Shown: piece by piece, positions 35,874 to 46,905 of the stretch
Position numbering within the stretch: the first letter of the stretch is position 1
How the letters are laid out: each line of letters opens with the position of its first letter
Source of the DNA: Carcharhinus longimanus
Taxonomy: Eukaryota
Assembly (NCBI GenBank): GCA_030264375.1
Contig: JASCQW010000098.1
Coordinates: 75,506,684-75,570,683, forward strand
Direction: 5' to 3'
Length of the DNA stretch: 64,000 bases
Made by a program: the position numbers and the translations under genes
Notes under the pieces: model-generated
What the model saw: only the letters and a program-made list of their open reading frames with translations
Databases searched by the model: none
Told to the model about the DNA's origin: nothing

Positions 35874-38800
35874 AAATGGATACATGGTTTACATAAAACC
35901 CGTGTTTTGAGATTCCCCAATGATGCATAGTCTTTTCACCTCGAGCTAGCAAAATCCAGTGGAAGAAAGTAAGCAATTTGCTTTTGGAAATAATGCCAAA
36001 AACTTTGAAAGCTACGAACAGAAACATTTTACTGCTCTACCTTCATCGCTGACAAGATTCTAACCTCAACTTTGTCCTTCTCCATCAGTGAAAAACCCTG
36101 TTGAATTTATGAGAGTAACAGGAACACATATGGAGACATTGATTTCATGAATATCTAACAATTAAAGAGCTGCTAATCCTTTAGATAATCAACAGTCTAA
36201 TATAGACAAGTGAAATAACATGAATTTGGGATTTGGAAATTATTATGTATGTGCTGTGCAAGAATACCCCATTAAAGGGAAGTGATCAGAAAAGAGAATG
36301 AAATAGCTATTTATGTTTAAGTTGGGAGAGGTACAAATTCCTGAGAAGAAAATACATTTCCAGTTAGGGGGAGTATGTTAGTTGTGATTATCTTAAGGCT
36401 TGGGAAATTATAGTTGCTGTGGGATAATTTGAGATGGCCAATTATGTTTTAACTTAAACAATGTAAAACTCATGAAGCAAGTATAAAGACGTAATATTTA
36501 TTTAAAATAAAACTACAACAAACAGCAGCTTGGAGCTCATCAAGAGGATTATGTGATTCTGGAACAGAGTGACAGAACCTCTCCAATGAATCTAATGCGC
36601 ACAATCAAAAACAGATCAATTATAGATTTTCTTATCCATCATTCTCATCTTATATTAATTTAAAATCAATTACATTCAGTATACTTAAATCAATAATAAT
36701 CTCTGACATATCCCTCAGCCAGTTGCATTTTACCATTCAGCATAGCGATATTTCATTTGTCTTCAAACCAGACACTAACTCCCATCTTGGCTGAACTCAC
36801 TTCCTTGTTTCCAAGTAATGATAGATGCTCATCATAAAGGTGAAAGTGAACATTCTTATTGGCTCACTGCCAAGTTGAATGGACATGTGATCCTGCGTCC
36901 AGGTACGTATCTATTCTATGTCTGGGCAATGAATGTCCCTATTCATAAAGTCGCAAAATATATTCCCTCACCAGAAACTTCCTGATATGAGTTCCCAGGT
37001 CTTTGGCTCTGAACTCTTTATATTTACCATCATCCCTTACAGCAACCTTCTCTTGGCTGAAGTGAACAATGATTCATGCAATACTTAAAATACATTCTAA
37101 AATATCAGTAATAGTTTAAAATCATAATTACTTGTTTGATTCTCTTACTGCATTTATGCACATGTGAACCATTTGTCTCATTAGCTTAACTTTGTTTCAA
37201 GAATCATTTAACTCTTTACTGGTAGTACTATTAGTGTCTTATTCTGTCTGTAACCTTAGTAGCTGACTAATAACTTACCCCTTTAATTGTATTCCTGGAA
37301 TTTGCTTGTCAGGAAATGGAGAAAGAATTCCCAAAGTTTTTCCTGAATTGGTGGTGAGTGTTTCTGGATTTTTTTTGTCGCTCTCAGGAGATAACATTGC
37401 TTGGGAGTGGATGTGTGTAGTTGTACCATCAACTGAACAGCGTTGGCTTGATGAACCTCATGATCAATTTCTCCCTTATTACCACGCATTTCTGAACAAT
37501 GGAGCAAGCAAAGAGGGAGGTTTACCTGTATTGCAGCCACTATGTGAGCTTTGAGGAGGAAGCTTTTTTGATGTATTAAAGATTTTCTGGAGTTTTTTTG
37601 AATACAGGATGGAAAGATACATTTGTAAACCAAACGTCTTTTGTACTCTATCATGAAGTTATCTTGTTTTGGGATGGGATTCTGCACTGTGTGTCAGTTC
37701 CTGGTCTGGTTGTGAATCAGGAATTCCTTCCTACTGCAGAGACTGATTCCGGAACAAAGCAGTGAGATCAAAAAGGATTTGCAGCCTGGAACAGTCAGCA
37801 GGAACGTGTCAGGGAGCGAGTGTTTCTGTGCTGGGTGGGAGAAAGGTGCCTCTCTGAATTGAACAATACTGAGGAGATGTTTGAGAATTGGGGGTGGATT
37901 AGGAGGGATGGAATCTCTGTGAACTGGGTGGGGGGAGAAAATTAGAGGAAGTGTGTTTTGCCCCACTGGATGGGGAGAAGGGAATATTTATTGAATGTGG
38001 GTGAGCTTTCCAATAATCATAAACCTGTATGGGACAGTTACAAATGGATTAATGCTACTTAATTTAGTTATAGTTTCTTAAAATAAAAACATTTGTCAAC
38101 TTTGAAATAAAAATATTAAAGGGAAACAAATCAATTGCAAAGAAAAAAATAGCTTGAACATTTCATTATAGCATTAGAATGTAACGTTTTCCAGAGGATA
38201 TATCATGAAATGTGCCCTTTGTGAGTTTATCTGCACTGGAGGAGGAAAAGCAACAGTTGAAAAGAATGTGTACTATTTGAACTTCCTGCCTACGTTCCAG
38301 TGCCGGATAATTCCTAAATACCATTTTTTAAAAATCTGTTCAGAAACACCGTACAAGGTGCACGATGACTACATTTGAGGTGTAACTGGTGTAATCCATG
38401 ACCTTTATGATCTGCCATTACTTAGGGAAAGACAAAAGGATAAACAGAATTAAATTACTTCTGTTTCTGAACTCACAGTCAGTCAGGAGAAAGGTGCCCA
38501 GTTGCTGAAATGAAGTTCTCTGTTTTTCTTTTGAAAATTTTTGATGATGAATAAAGACAGCTTGTCTGGTATTTTTAATAATTAAAGATATATATATTTT
38601 TTATCCTTTCATGAGATTTGAGTATCACTAGCTGGGCCAACATTTATCGACCTTGAGAAGATGATGGTGAGCCGCCTTTGTGAACTGCTGCAGGCCACGT
38701 AGTGTAGGTGCATCCTTTGTATTATGATGGATGTTTTTGCACCATTTAAATTTTTAGTGAATAAAAATTCAGATGATGTCCATAAGGATGCCTAATCTCA

Positions 38801-39934
38801 TCCAAATTAGGTGAAAAAAATGATTCATTTGCTTGGTTGGAACACCCAATGTAAAGGATGTCTACCAAGCTCAGGTTTCTGGCCTTTTCTGGCAGTGGTA
38901 AGGGATATTTTCTTTGATGTAGAAGTGCTTACATCAGCTGAAGGTAAAAATAGATAAATAATTTTTGCAGGGAGCTTCACGTTCTCTATAAACCTGTATT
39001 GTAACAATGTCCTCCCACAGCAAGCTACAACCACACACTAACAACCATTGTAGAAAAATGAGAATTTACCTACAAACTGTTCTGGATGCTGAGCTGGAAA
39101 GTTGAACAAGAGCAAAGGATATACTTCCATGGTGAGCAGAAGTTCAATGTCCCCTTTCTCGGAAATGCAGCTCACTGAATGATCTTGCCCACTGTATCTA
39201 ATGCAATGCCTGATAACAGGTAGTAACTTGGCATTACAAGTATATCACAATTGGACAATGTTCCTGATGACTGTTCCAGGCTGCAAATCCTTTTTGATCT
39301 CACTGCTTTNNNNNNNNNNNNNNNNNNNNNNNNNNNNNNNNNNNNNNNNNNNNNNNNNNNNNNNNNNNNNNNNNNNNNNNNNNNNNNNNNNNNNNNNNNN
39401 NNNNNNNNNNNNNNNNNNNNNNNNNNNNNNNNNNNNNNNNNNNNNNNNNNNNNNNNNNNNNNNNNNNNNNNNNNNNNNNNNNNNNNNNNNNNNNNNNNNN
39501 NNNNNNNNNNNNNNNNNNNNNNNNNNNNNNNNNNNNNNNNNNNNNNNNNNNNNNNNNNNNNNNNNNNNNNNNNNNNNNNNNNNNNNNNNNNNNNNNNNNN
39601 NNNNNNNNNNNNNNNNNNNNNNNNNNNNNNNNNNNNNNNNNNNNNNNNNNNNNNNNNNNNNNNNNNNNNNNNNNNNNNNNNNNNNNNNNNNNNNNNNNNN
39701 NNNNNNNNNNNNNNNNNNNNNNNNNNNNNNNNNNNNNNNNNNNNNNNNNNNNNNNNNNNNNNNNNNNNNNNNNNNNNNNNNNNNNNNNNNNNNNNNNNNN
39801 NNNNNNNNNNNNNNNNNNNNNNNNNNNNNNNNNNNNNNNNNNNNNNNNNNNNNNNNNNNNNNNNNNNNNNNNNNNNNNNNNNNNNNNNNNNNNNNNNNNN
39901 NNNNNNNNNNNNNNNNNNNNNNATTTATGTTGTG

Positions 39935-40380
39935 AGATACTCAACATCCAGCACCTGATCAACCAGTGGTTCCTGAGGGTGAAGACCCAGAGAAAGAAGT
40001 GCTATCGCTGAATCTGACACTTTCAGCCATCAGCTGATATACTGGCATTGTACATGCCCTTGGAGGTTGGTTTACAGGTGAAATCTGCATCTGGTGAGTA
40101 ACCAGGCAAGAATAGACTGCGGTCAGGTTTGGGAGAAAGATAATGCATGTGCCAGCTCACCAGAGGTAGAGAAGATGAGGATTTATATGGGCCTATGTAC
40201 AGAAAAGGCCTGAGATGCTTGGTGCATTAGTAGGCCTGGCATCAAGTCTGTTGCTAATGAGGAGGAGCACAAAGAATTCCAACTCCAACTTGGCACAAGG
40301 ATGTGTGAAGAGTTGGAACCCATCTTTTCGGGTGTGGAAGTGATGGCTGTCATAAACCCCATTGCTGTTGCAAAGGCATC
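39935..40380 (+). pseudogene. Degenerate Harbinger-associated accessory ORF fragment
   Basis: Interrupted reading VLSLNLTLSAIS...DEDLYG...EMLGALVGLASSLLLMRRS...SNLAQG...EPIFSGVEVMA resembles shark Harbinger accessory proteins as recalled; not database-checked. Confidence 0.35.
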
Positions 40381-40448
40381 CCAAATCCCAGAGGGGAAAC
40401 ATGAAACTCCGATTATTAACTATTTACTTTTGCAATTTGGAAAAAAAA

Positions 40449-41170
40449 TGTGAGAAAAGAGCTAAAATCCAGTGAGGCAAAGGCTCAGTCTTGTTGCAGA
40501 TTATCAAATAACAAAACATTTATTAACCTTTACAATAGACAAGAAAGGCAACAGCAAAGAACAGTATTTACAATTAACAACAATGATGATTACCAGACAG
40601 TATACTTAAATTATCCCTGTACTCCCTACCCCCACGCCCCCAATCTAATCAATCTACTTTTCTGAAGTCTGGAGGTGGGATTTTCCTGCGGAGCTCATGC
40701 CAAAACCAGAAAATCCTGCCCGAGGTCAACAGACCTTTGCATGATCTATCCCCTGCCTGCTCCCATGGCAGGCAGAACAGGAAAACTGCCCGCCAGAAAT
40801 CCATCCTCATCAAAACAACATCTCCTAGGTTTAAACACTGACAGCCAAATCTAACCACCCAACTTTCTTTTGGAAATCTTTCTTCTAGTTTAGAGTAGAC
40901 TTTTGGGGTCTCACATTTTGGGGTCTCTTCTGCTTTCTTTTCTACACAACAGCTTGATTCTCTGAGAGATTTCTGGTTTGCATCTGAAAGTGGCTATGAT
41001 CTAGGTCCCTGGATTGCTAGTCTCCAATTTGCTTAACAAAGTATCTATTTCACCCTGCTATCTATAAGGCTAATCTGCATCCCATAAGTCCTCAGTGCAG
41101 CTAAATCCCTGTCAGTTTCTTTTTTTATTTAATTCTTTACTTCTCATTTCATTCCAACTTCCTAAGATGG
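40449..41170 (-). mobile_element. Possible solo LTR carrying a MITE
   Basis: TG start, minus-strand AATAAA near 40520, LTR-like composition; boundaries uncertain. Confidence 0.25.
40676..40806. mobile_element. Harbinger/Tourist-like MITE
   Basis: Homologous to 61685-61820 (aaa-tcctgcc-gag-tcaa--gacctttg). Confidence 0.55.
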
Positions 41171-42721
41171 CAAATTCCATCAGAACACCTGCAAATTCAA
41201 CAATCTAGCAGCATTGGGATCAGCGCTGATATCGACAACTGTGCTGACATTAGTTTAAGTCTGCAACAAGCCGAGCTTTAATTATTTTAACCTGAGCTTC
41301 CAGTGGAGTGCTCAGACATTATGTGATTTCTCCCTGTGCTGCACTGGAAGCTAAGACATTCATCGTTCATTCATTTATGGAATGTGAGTGTTGTTGATGA
41401 GACAATAATTTATTGCCTAACCCTTCCCAAGGGCAATCTGGGACTGGAAATAAATGCTAGCCTGGCCAGTAAGACCCACATCCCGTAAATGAATACAAAT
41501 ACTTCTTTAAAATTTGAGACCAATGTTCCAGGCCTAACAGAAGCAAACAACTTCTTCCAAGCAGCCAGCACCATTCCCTGCTGACTTAACTAATCTATTG
41601 CAACCAGGAGCTATATAAATACAAATTATTGTTGCTGCTTGTTGTTTAGAACTGTTCTCTGACCAGAAAATAATGTTAGTTTGAAGAAACCTTGTGACGA
41701 GATAGCTGTGCATTCAAACTAATTCATACATATTAGGAGATGGAAAATGTTTCACGATCGTTTTAAACTTGTAAGTAGAATATTTTTTTTAAAAAATAAA
41801 ACCTAAATTGCACACATTGTAACAATGATCACTCCCACATATTGGTATCAGTGGGCTTTACCCTATTTCACTTCCATTTGCATTTTCCATCCCAACCTCT
41901 TGGGGTTGGGGTGGAAAAACATCAGCGGCTACACATTTGCAGCCAAAATCTGATGCACAATAATCCTACATTGTGTGGAACTGAATAACCTTAACTCTAG
42001 CAGCACAAAACATGAGGCAAGTGACTTACAGGTCATCAGCAGTGACAGAATTGAATCTGTAACCTCATGGTCTGACATGCCTCTCATTATTTGATATCCA
42101 TCTAGCTACAAGATCAACCCTGGTTCAATGCAAAGTATAGGAAGGCATGCCTGGAGCAGCAGAACAAGGTACAAACATTTTACTACAGTAGGCTGCCCGC
42201 AGACATGTTCATTATCCTTCTTAGTGGATTCCACCTGAGATTCAGAAGCAGCTGACAGAACAAAAGCTTAGGGTTCTTCTAACATCCCAATGATAGTGCT
42301 TAAGGCCTATGCACCATGACTGGCTCCTCTAATTATATGAGCCATTTGGAAGGTTGCCCAGGTATGTCCTACACACAGAATCACAGGGTAAATCTAATCC
42401 CTAATCCCAATCTAATTACTACCCTATTGGCCTTTTACTAATCATTAGTAAAGTAATGCAAGGAGACATTAAATCTCCTTAATGTCAACTTTCCATTTGA
42501 TCTAACTAATGCATCCAATTTCCTTCAGCTTTAGCTGCCATGGGCCTTACTTTGCAAACTTAGTTCGATGTGTTTACTAGCACTGCCCAGGCTTCTTCAG
42601 AAGGTACCCAAGAAGACAACATTTCTGGTCAGTGGTAGTGTAATATGTATGTATTTCTCTAAAGGTTAGGCAGATCATTCTGGAGCTTGACATTTTTTGA
42701 AATAAAACATGTTCTAGTGCT

Positions 42722-43090
42722 TAAAAGCAAAATACTGCAGATGCTACAATCTAAAACAAAAACAGAAAATGCTGGAAAAACTCAACAGGTCAGGCAGCAT
42801 CTGTGAAGAGAGAAAATAGAATAAGGGAAGAAAGGGTGAAATTCTCCAGCCTCCCAAATGCCAGTTTCCTAGCAGTGCGAGATGATAGGTGTTTGCTAGT
42901 GGTGGGATTCTCTGGTCTGACTGTCACCTTCCCCATGCTGGTGGGAAATCCATGGGCAGGGGTGGAACCGGAGAATCCCACCAGCCCGAACATCTGGGGA
43001 ATTCCAGCCTTAATGTTTCGAATCTGTCTGACTCTTCTTCAAAGCAGAAGATTCATATGGACTTGAAGCGTTAATTCTACTTTCACTCTC
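42722..43090. mobile_element. PLE (family 3) inverted ends interrupted by a MITE
   Basis: aaagcaaaatactgcagatgct...gcagcatctgtg; minus-strand hammerhead remnant ttgaagaagagtc..gattcgaaac at 43011-43045. Confidence 0.65.
42834..43010. mobile_element. Harbinger/Tourist-like MITE
   Basis: TIRs gggtgaaattctcc / ggggaattccagcc; reverse-complement homolog of 51753-51960. Confidence 0.7.
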
Positions 43091-43169
43091 CAATGTTTAC
43101 TGTTTGTCCTGTTCTTGTACTGCAGAACACAGAAATAGTCAGATTTCTGATGTAACCAAGAAAAATGAG

Positions 43170-45190
43170 TATTGCTGAAAAAAGAGACTCACTGTCAAAG
43201 CTTTTCATCTTGCACTTATCAGGACAAACACAAGGAGGAACAATAATTTATACTGTATGAGAAAAGGAGTGCTGATTAGTTGACTCTGGTTCATCAAGAC
43301 ACTGCAATGGCAAATGAACCAGGGAGTTACCATCCTCTGTGCTTTTGCTTATTCTAAAAAAGGTACAATATTTGGATGTATTCCTTTTGCCTGCTGAGGT
43401 CAAGGTCATTGCATATGAATATGTAGTTTCCAGTAAACATAAGTGAGCTATATTGTGGAACCGACTGATAATCCTAAGTCTGTTGTTAGTACTAACAACA
43501 TGTTGTCACTGCATAATAGCAGCCGTGAAACAGCAAGCTTCACCTGCTGGTTTGAGATATTTTACCTTACCTGGGTAATTTAAGATAGACAGGACATTTC
43601 TCAGGTCTGAAATTGGCTGCCTTAAGCCCGTTTGTGAGTATACATTACACACAACAAGCAAAAATCTGACTGGAGTCACCATTGTCATCCAGGATAGCTT
43701 TCATGTGCCTTATTTCAGCATCAAGCCTGCACGACAGATATGGCTTGGATCCTATTTACAGAATTGCCAATAAGGCCAATCTTGTCACGCAGGAGCTGAA
43801 TGAATCTCAATGCGTAGAGTGACCAGTGAAGGTAGGTTAACAGTAATATAGCACCGATTAGTGGATTAATCAACTGCCACATCAAGGGAAGAAAAGGGTG
43901 ATTATTCCAGTCTCTTTACAATTAATGACACTGCCAAGCACATAGTGAACCCATCTGACCATATACCCTCTGAAAGCAGGGAGTTTGTCCTTGGCATAGC
44001 TGCAAATTTGGTGTTCCTGCATCTCACACTAAAAGGGAAACTGTATTTGTGGAGTTTGAACTCTATTCTCAGCTATCCCACCACAGATCAGTATCTAATG
44101 AAAACACTGAGTCTTTGAAAGTGTGCCTAGCACATATCTACATACTGCGGGGTAGCCAATGACTTGCTTGATTTCCACTTGCTAAGTGAATGTCTGGTGG
44201 CATTGCAAAGCAATCAGGCCAACCCAAACATACATATTTGCATGCTGGATTGCCATATTCTGAATGTGTTCATTGACCTTATGAATTTAGTAACACAAGC
44301 AGTTGAATAAAGCTTTAGTGATACCATGTATGCCCAAACAAGTGTTGCTGCCATGGAATTCCCTGTAGGCTCAACTTGTGCTCTCATTTTTGTCTATTTC
44401 CATGAGAAACACATTTTCAATGGAATAACTCTGAACTTCCAACCCCATGTCTATTTCTGATACGTAGATGACATATTTGATTCTGCAGCTGCAGCTTAAT
44501 GCTGCGCTTTGAAATGGAGCAGTCTAACAAGCTCCCTCTCCCTGGACATGACCGTTGAAAGATCAGCTAATGGATTTTCTGCTACAGTCTATTCCCGTCA
44601 CTGGACACTTGGGATTTCTACAGCTACATGTACCACAAGATTGGCTTTGTCAGCAATCTCATAAATAGGGCCAGAGTCATTTCATAGAATCATAGAAACT
44701 CTACAGTACAGAGCTCACCATCATCAAAGTTATCCTGCAGGATAATGGTGACCCCAATCAGATCTTTGCTCACTGTGTTTTGTGCATTCTCACAAATTTG
44801 CTTAAGGCCACCCCTTTGGATCTGCAAAGTACCGAGTCCACCCAGAAGGGCAAAGTATCTGAAAGGTTGGAGCAACGGATGAAGCTAGTCAGTTGATGCT
44901 GCTACCATACAGCGGCAGCATGAGTGATGTTTCTCACTAGCAGGATGCTGCTGTCAGGACAAATGAAGTTCCATTTATCTCACAAATAATAATGTGGTTT
45001 ATGAATTTCAGTATTGCTGAAAGATATGTAGGTTGCATGCCCCAAGACCTGACAGATCATGTGAAGCAGCATGTCTCTTCAGCTGTTTGCAAGGGGATAG
45101 GGGACAGACTGCACTCAATTAGCCTATGTTTGCAAAACTCAGAACATTAGATGTGACTCTGAGATTGGGCAGTACTACTAAGTAACAATA
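43170..45190. mobile_element. Penelope-like retroelement (family 2), inverted arm plus RT/GIY-YIG body
   Basis: Plus 43900-45190: SSLFT, MYAQT..AM.FP.G, YF*YVDDIF, FEMEQSNKLP.LD, KIGFVSNLINRA, NNVVYEFQ..YVG; minus 43170-43880 repeats thumb/EN (KIGLIGN.VNR, KAILDDNG) and ends in a hammerhead at 43193-43226. Confidence 0.85.
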
Positions 45191-46459
45191 ACAACAAGGC
45201 TAAAATGGGTAAAATAAATGATGCAATGTCATGGAGGTAATAAAACAATTTTTATTATTTTATATAGAAATACATTTTTAACAGTAGTACGAGTTCCAAG
45301 AAAAGACAGTTGCAGAATTCACTTTACCTTCATTCAGGATAAACTGTGTACAACTAGAGACATTTCAGTCAGCTGAGGGTTTGAATAGTGAGTTGATAAA
45401 TACAGTATATAAAGATTTGGACTTAATATACTGCCTGGCAATAATGCACAATTTTCATGTGATGTTTTATTGCAGGTCCTGACCCTAATGTTGTAAGTGA
45501 ATACAGTTTCATAATTGATTTTAAAAATGAACATTAGGGTAGATGGTCTGAAACCTCTTGTGCAATTTATGAATATCTATTTGATGAATGCATGCTGGAG
45601 ATTTGGAATTATCCAAGGCATGTTTGCAGTATGCAAAGGTTCCAAACATCTACTCAGTGTGTTCACCTTGGGCAAGAACACGTAAATATTTTTGTGCATG
45701 AGCTTACTTACACACTAAAGATAATAAGATTGCAATCACTAAGGCTATCTTGTTTATGCATATTTGCTCAAAATGGAAACATTGCATTTAACAAGATTTT
45801 ACAGTGTATAGACGATTCTTAAATGATTCAAAACTCATGTATGCGAATTGGAAGTCTCACTTCATTAACCAACTCACAGGATTCAGACAGTGGTCTCGAA
45901 TTTTCTTTGCATTTGTGCCCATTTAAACCCTGAATCTGAAGCAAACCAGTTACATTGCACGGAATTGTGGAGGTTAGTGAGTTATTGCTGAATTATAATA
46001 CTGTACACCTGAGACTCTTTGATCTTTACAGACATATCAAACATGCTGAATATGTTCATTTCTCACCATGTTCCTTCTCTCAAATATTGGCTTCTTCACA
46101 AGTGCATCAATACAACAGAAAACAATGTTATTTTCTTTCATTTATTGCATTTTTATGACATAAGAAACATAAGTCTTTATGTAACATATGTCACATAAGA
46201 AATTGAACAGCTTCCTTGGTTGTGATTCCTTAAACATGCTGTGACTAATGACTGATGGCTAAACAAGTCAAAACTTAAACTTTAAGATTTTATGGAGAAA
46301 TGTACGGTGGTGCGTTTGGGATTTCTCTGAATCCAATTGTTTACCCTGTTTTTTCTAACTCACATTCATTTTAAGTTTGACATTAACATGATTGGGAGGA
46401 TGCCTCATTGTAAATTGTCATTGGCAGGACGCAGACAAGGTTGGGTACATTTTTAGGTC

Positions 46460-46905
46460 TTACAAATGTGCCAGAAGAATTGATTCCAGAGATGAGGGGT
46501 TGTCGTATAAGGAAAGTTTGAACAGTTTAGGCCTATGCTGTCTGGGATTTAGACGAGTCAGGGGAAATTAAATTGAGGTATACATGACGATAAAAGGTAT
46601 GGATAAAGTAGACTTGGAGCAAATGCTTCCACTTGTGGAGCATTCTAGGATGAGAGGTCATAATCTTAGGATGAGGGGTAGCAAATTTAAAACACAGCTG
46701 AGGAGAAACTACTGAATCTGTGGATTTCGCTACCCCAAAGTGCGATGTATGCTGGAATGATGAGCAAATTTAAGGAAGAGTTAGAGAAATTTACAATTGG
46801 TAACGGGTTATGGGGAGAAGGCAGGAAAATGTCTTGATCAGCCATGATCGAATGACAGAGCAGACTTGATGGGCCGAATGGACTAATTCTGTTCCTAAAC
46901 GTTAT
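46460..46905 (+). mobile_element. CR1 3' fragment
   Basis: LIPEMRGLSYKESLNSLGL...; tail gatgggccgaatggactaattctg. Confidence 0.85.

Noticed and set aside
34812-39962. Long ORFs of 220-323 aa in the ORF track
   Set aside because: Artefacts of reading through N gaps; only the CR1 RT part is real
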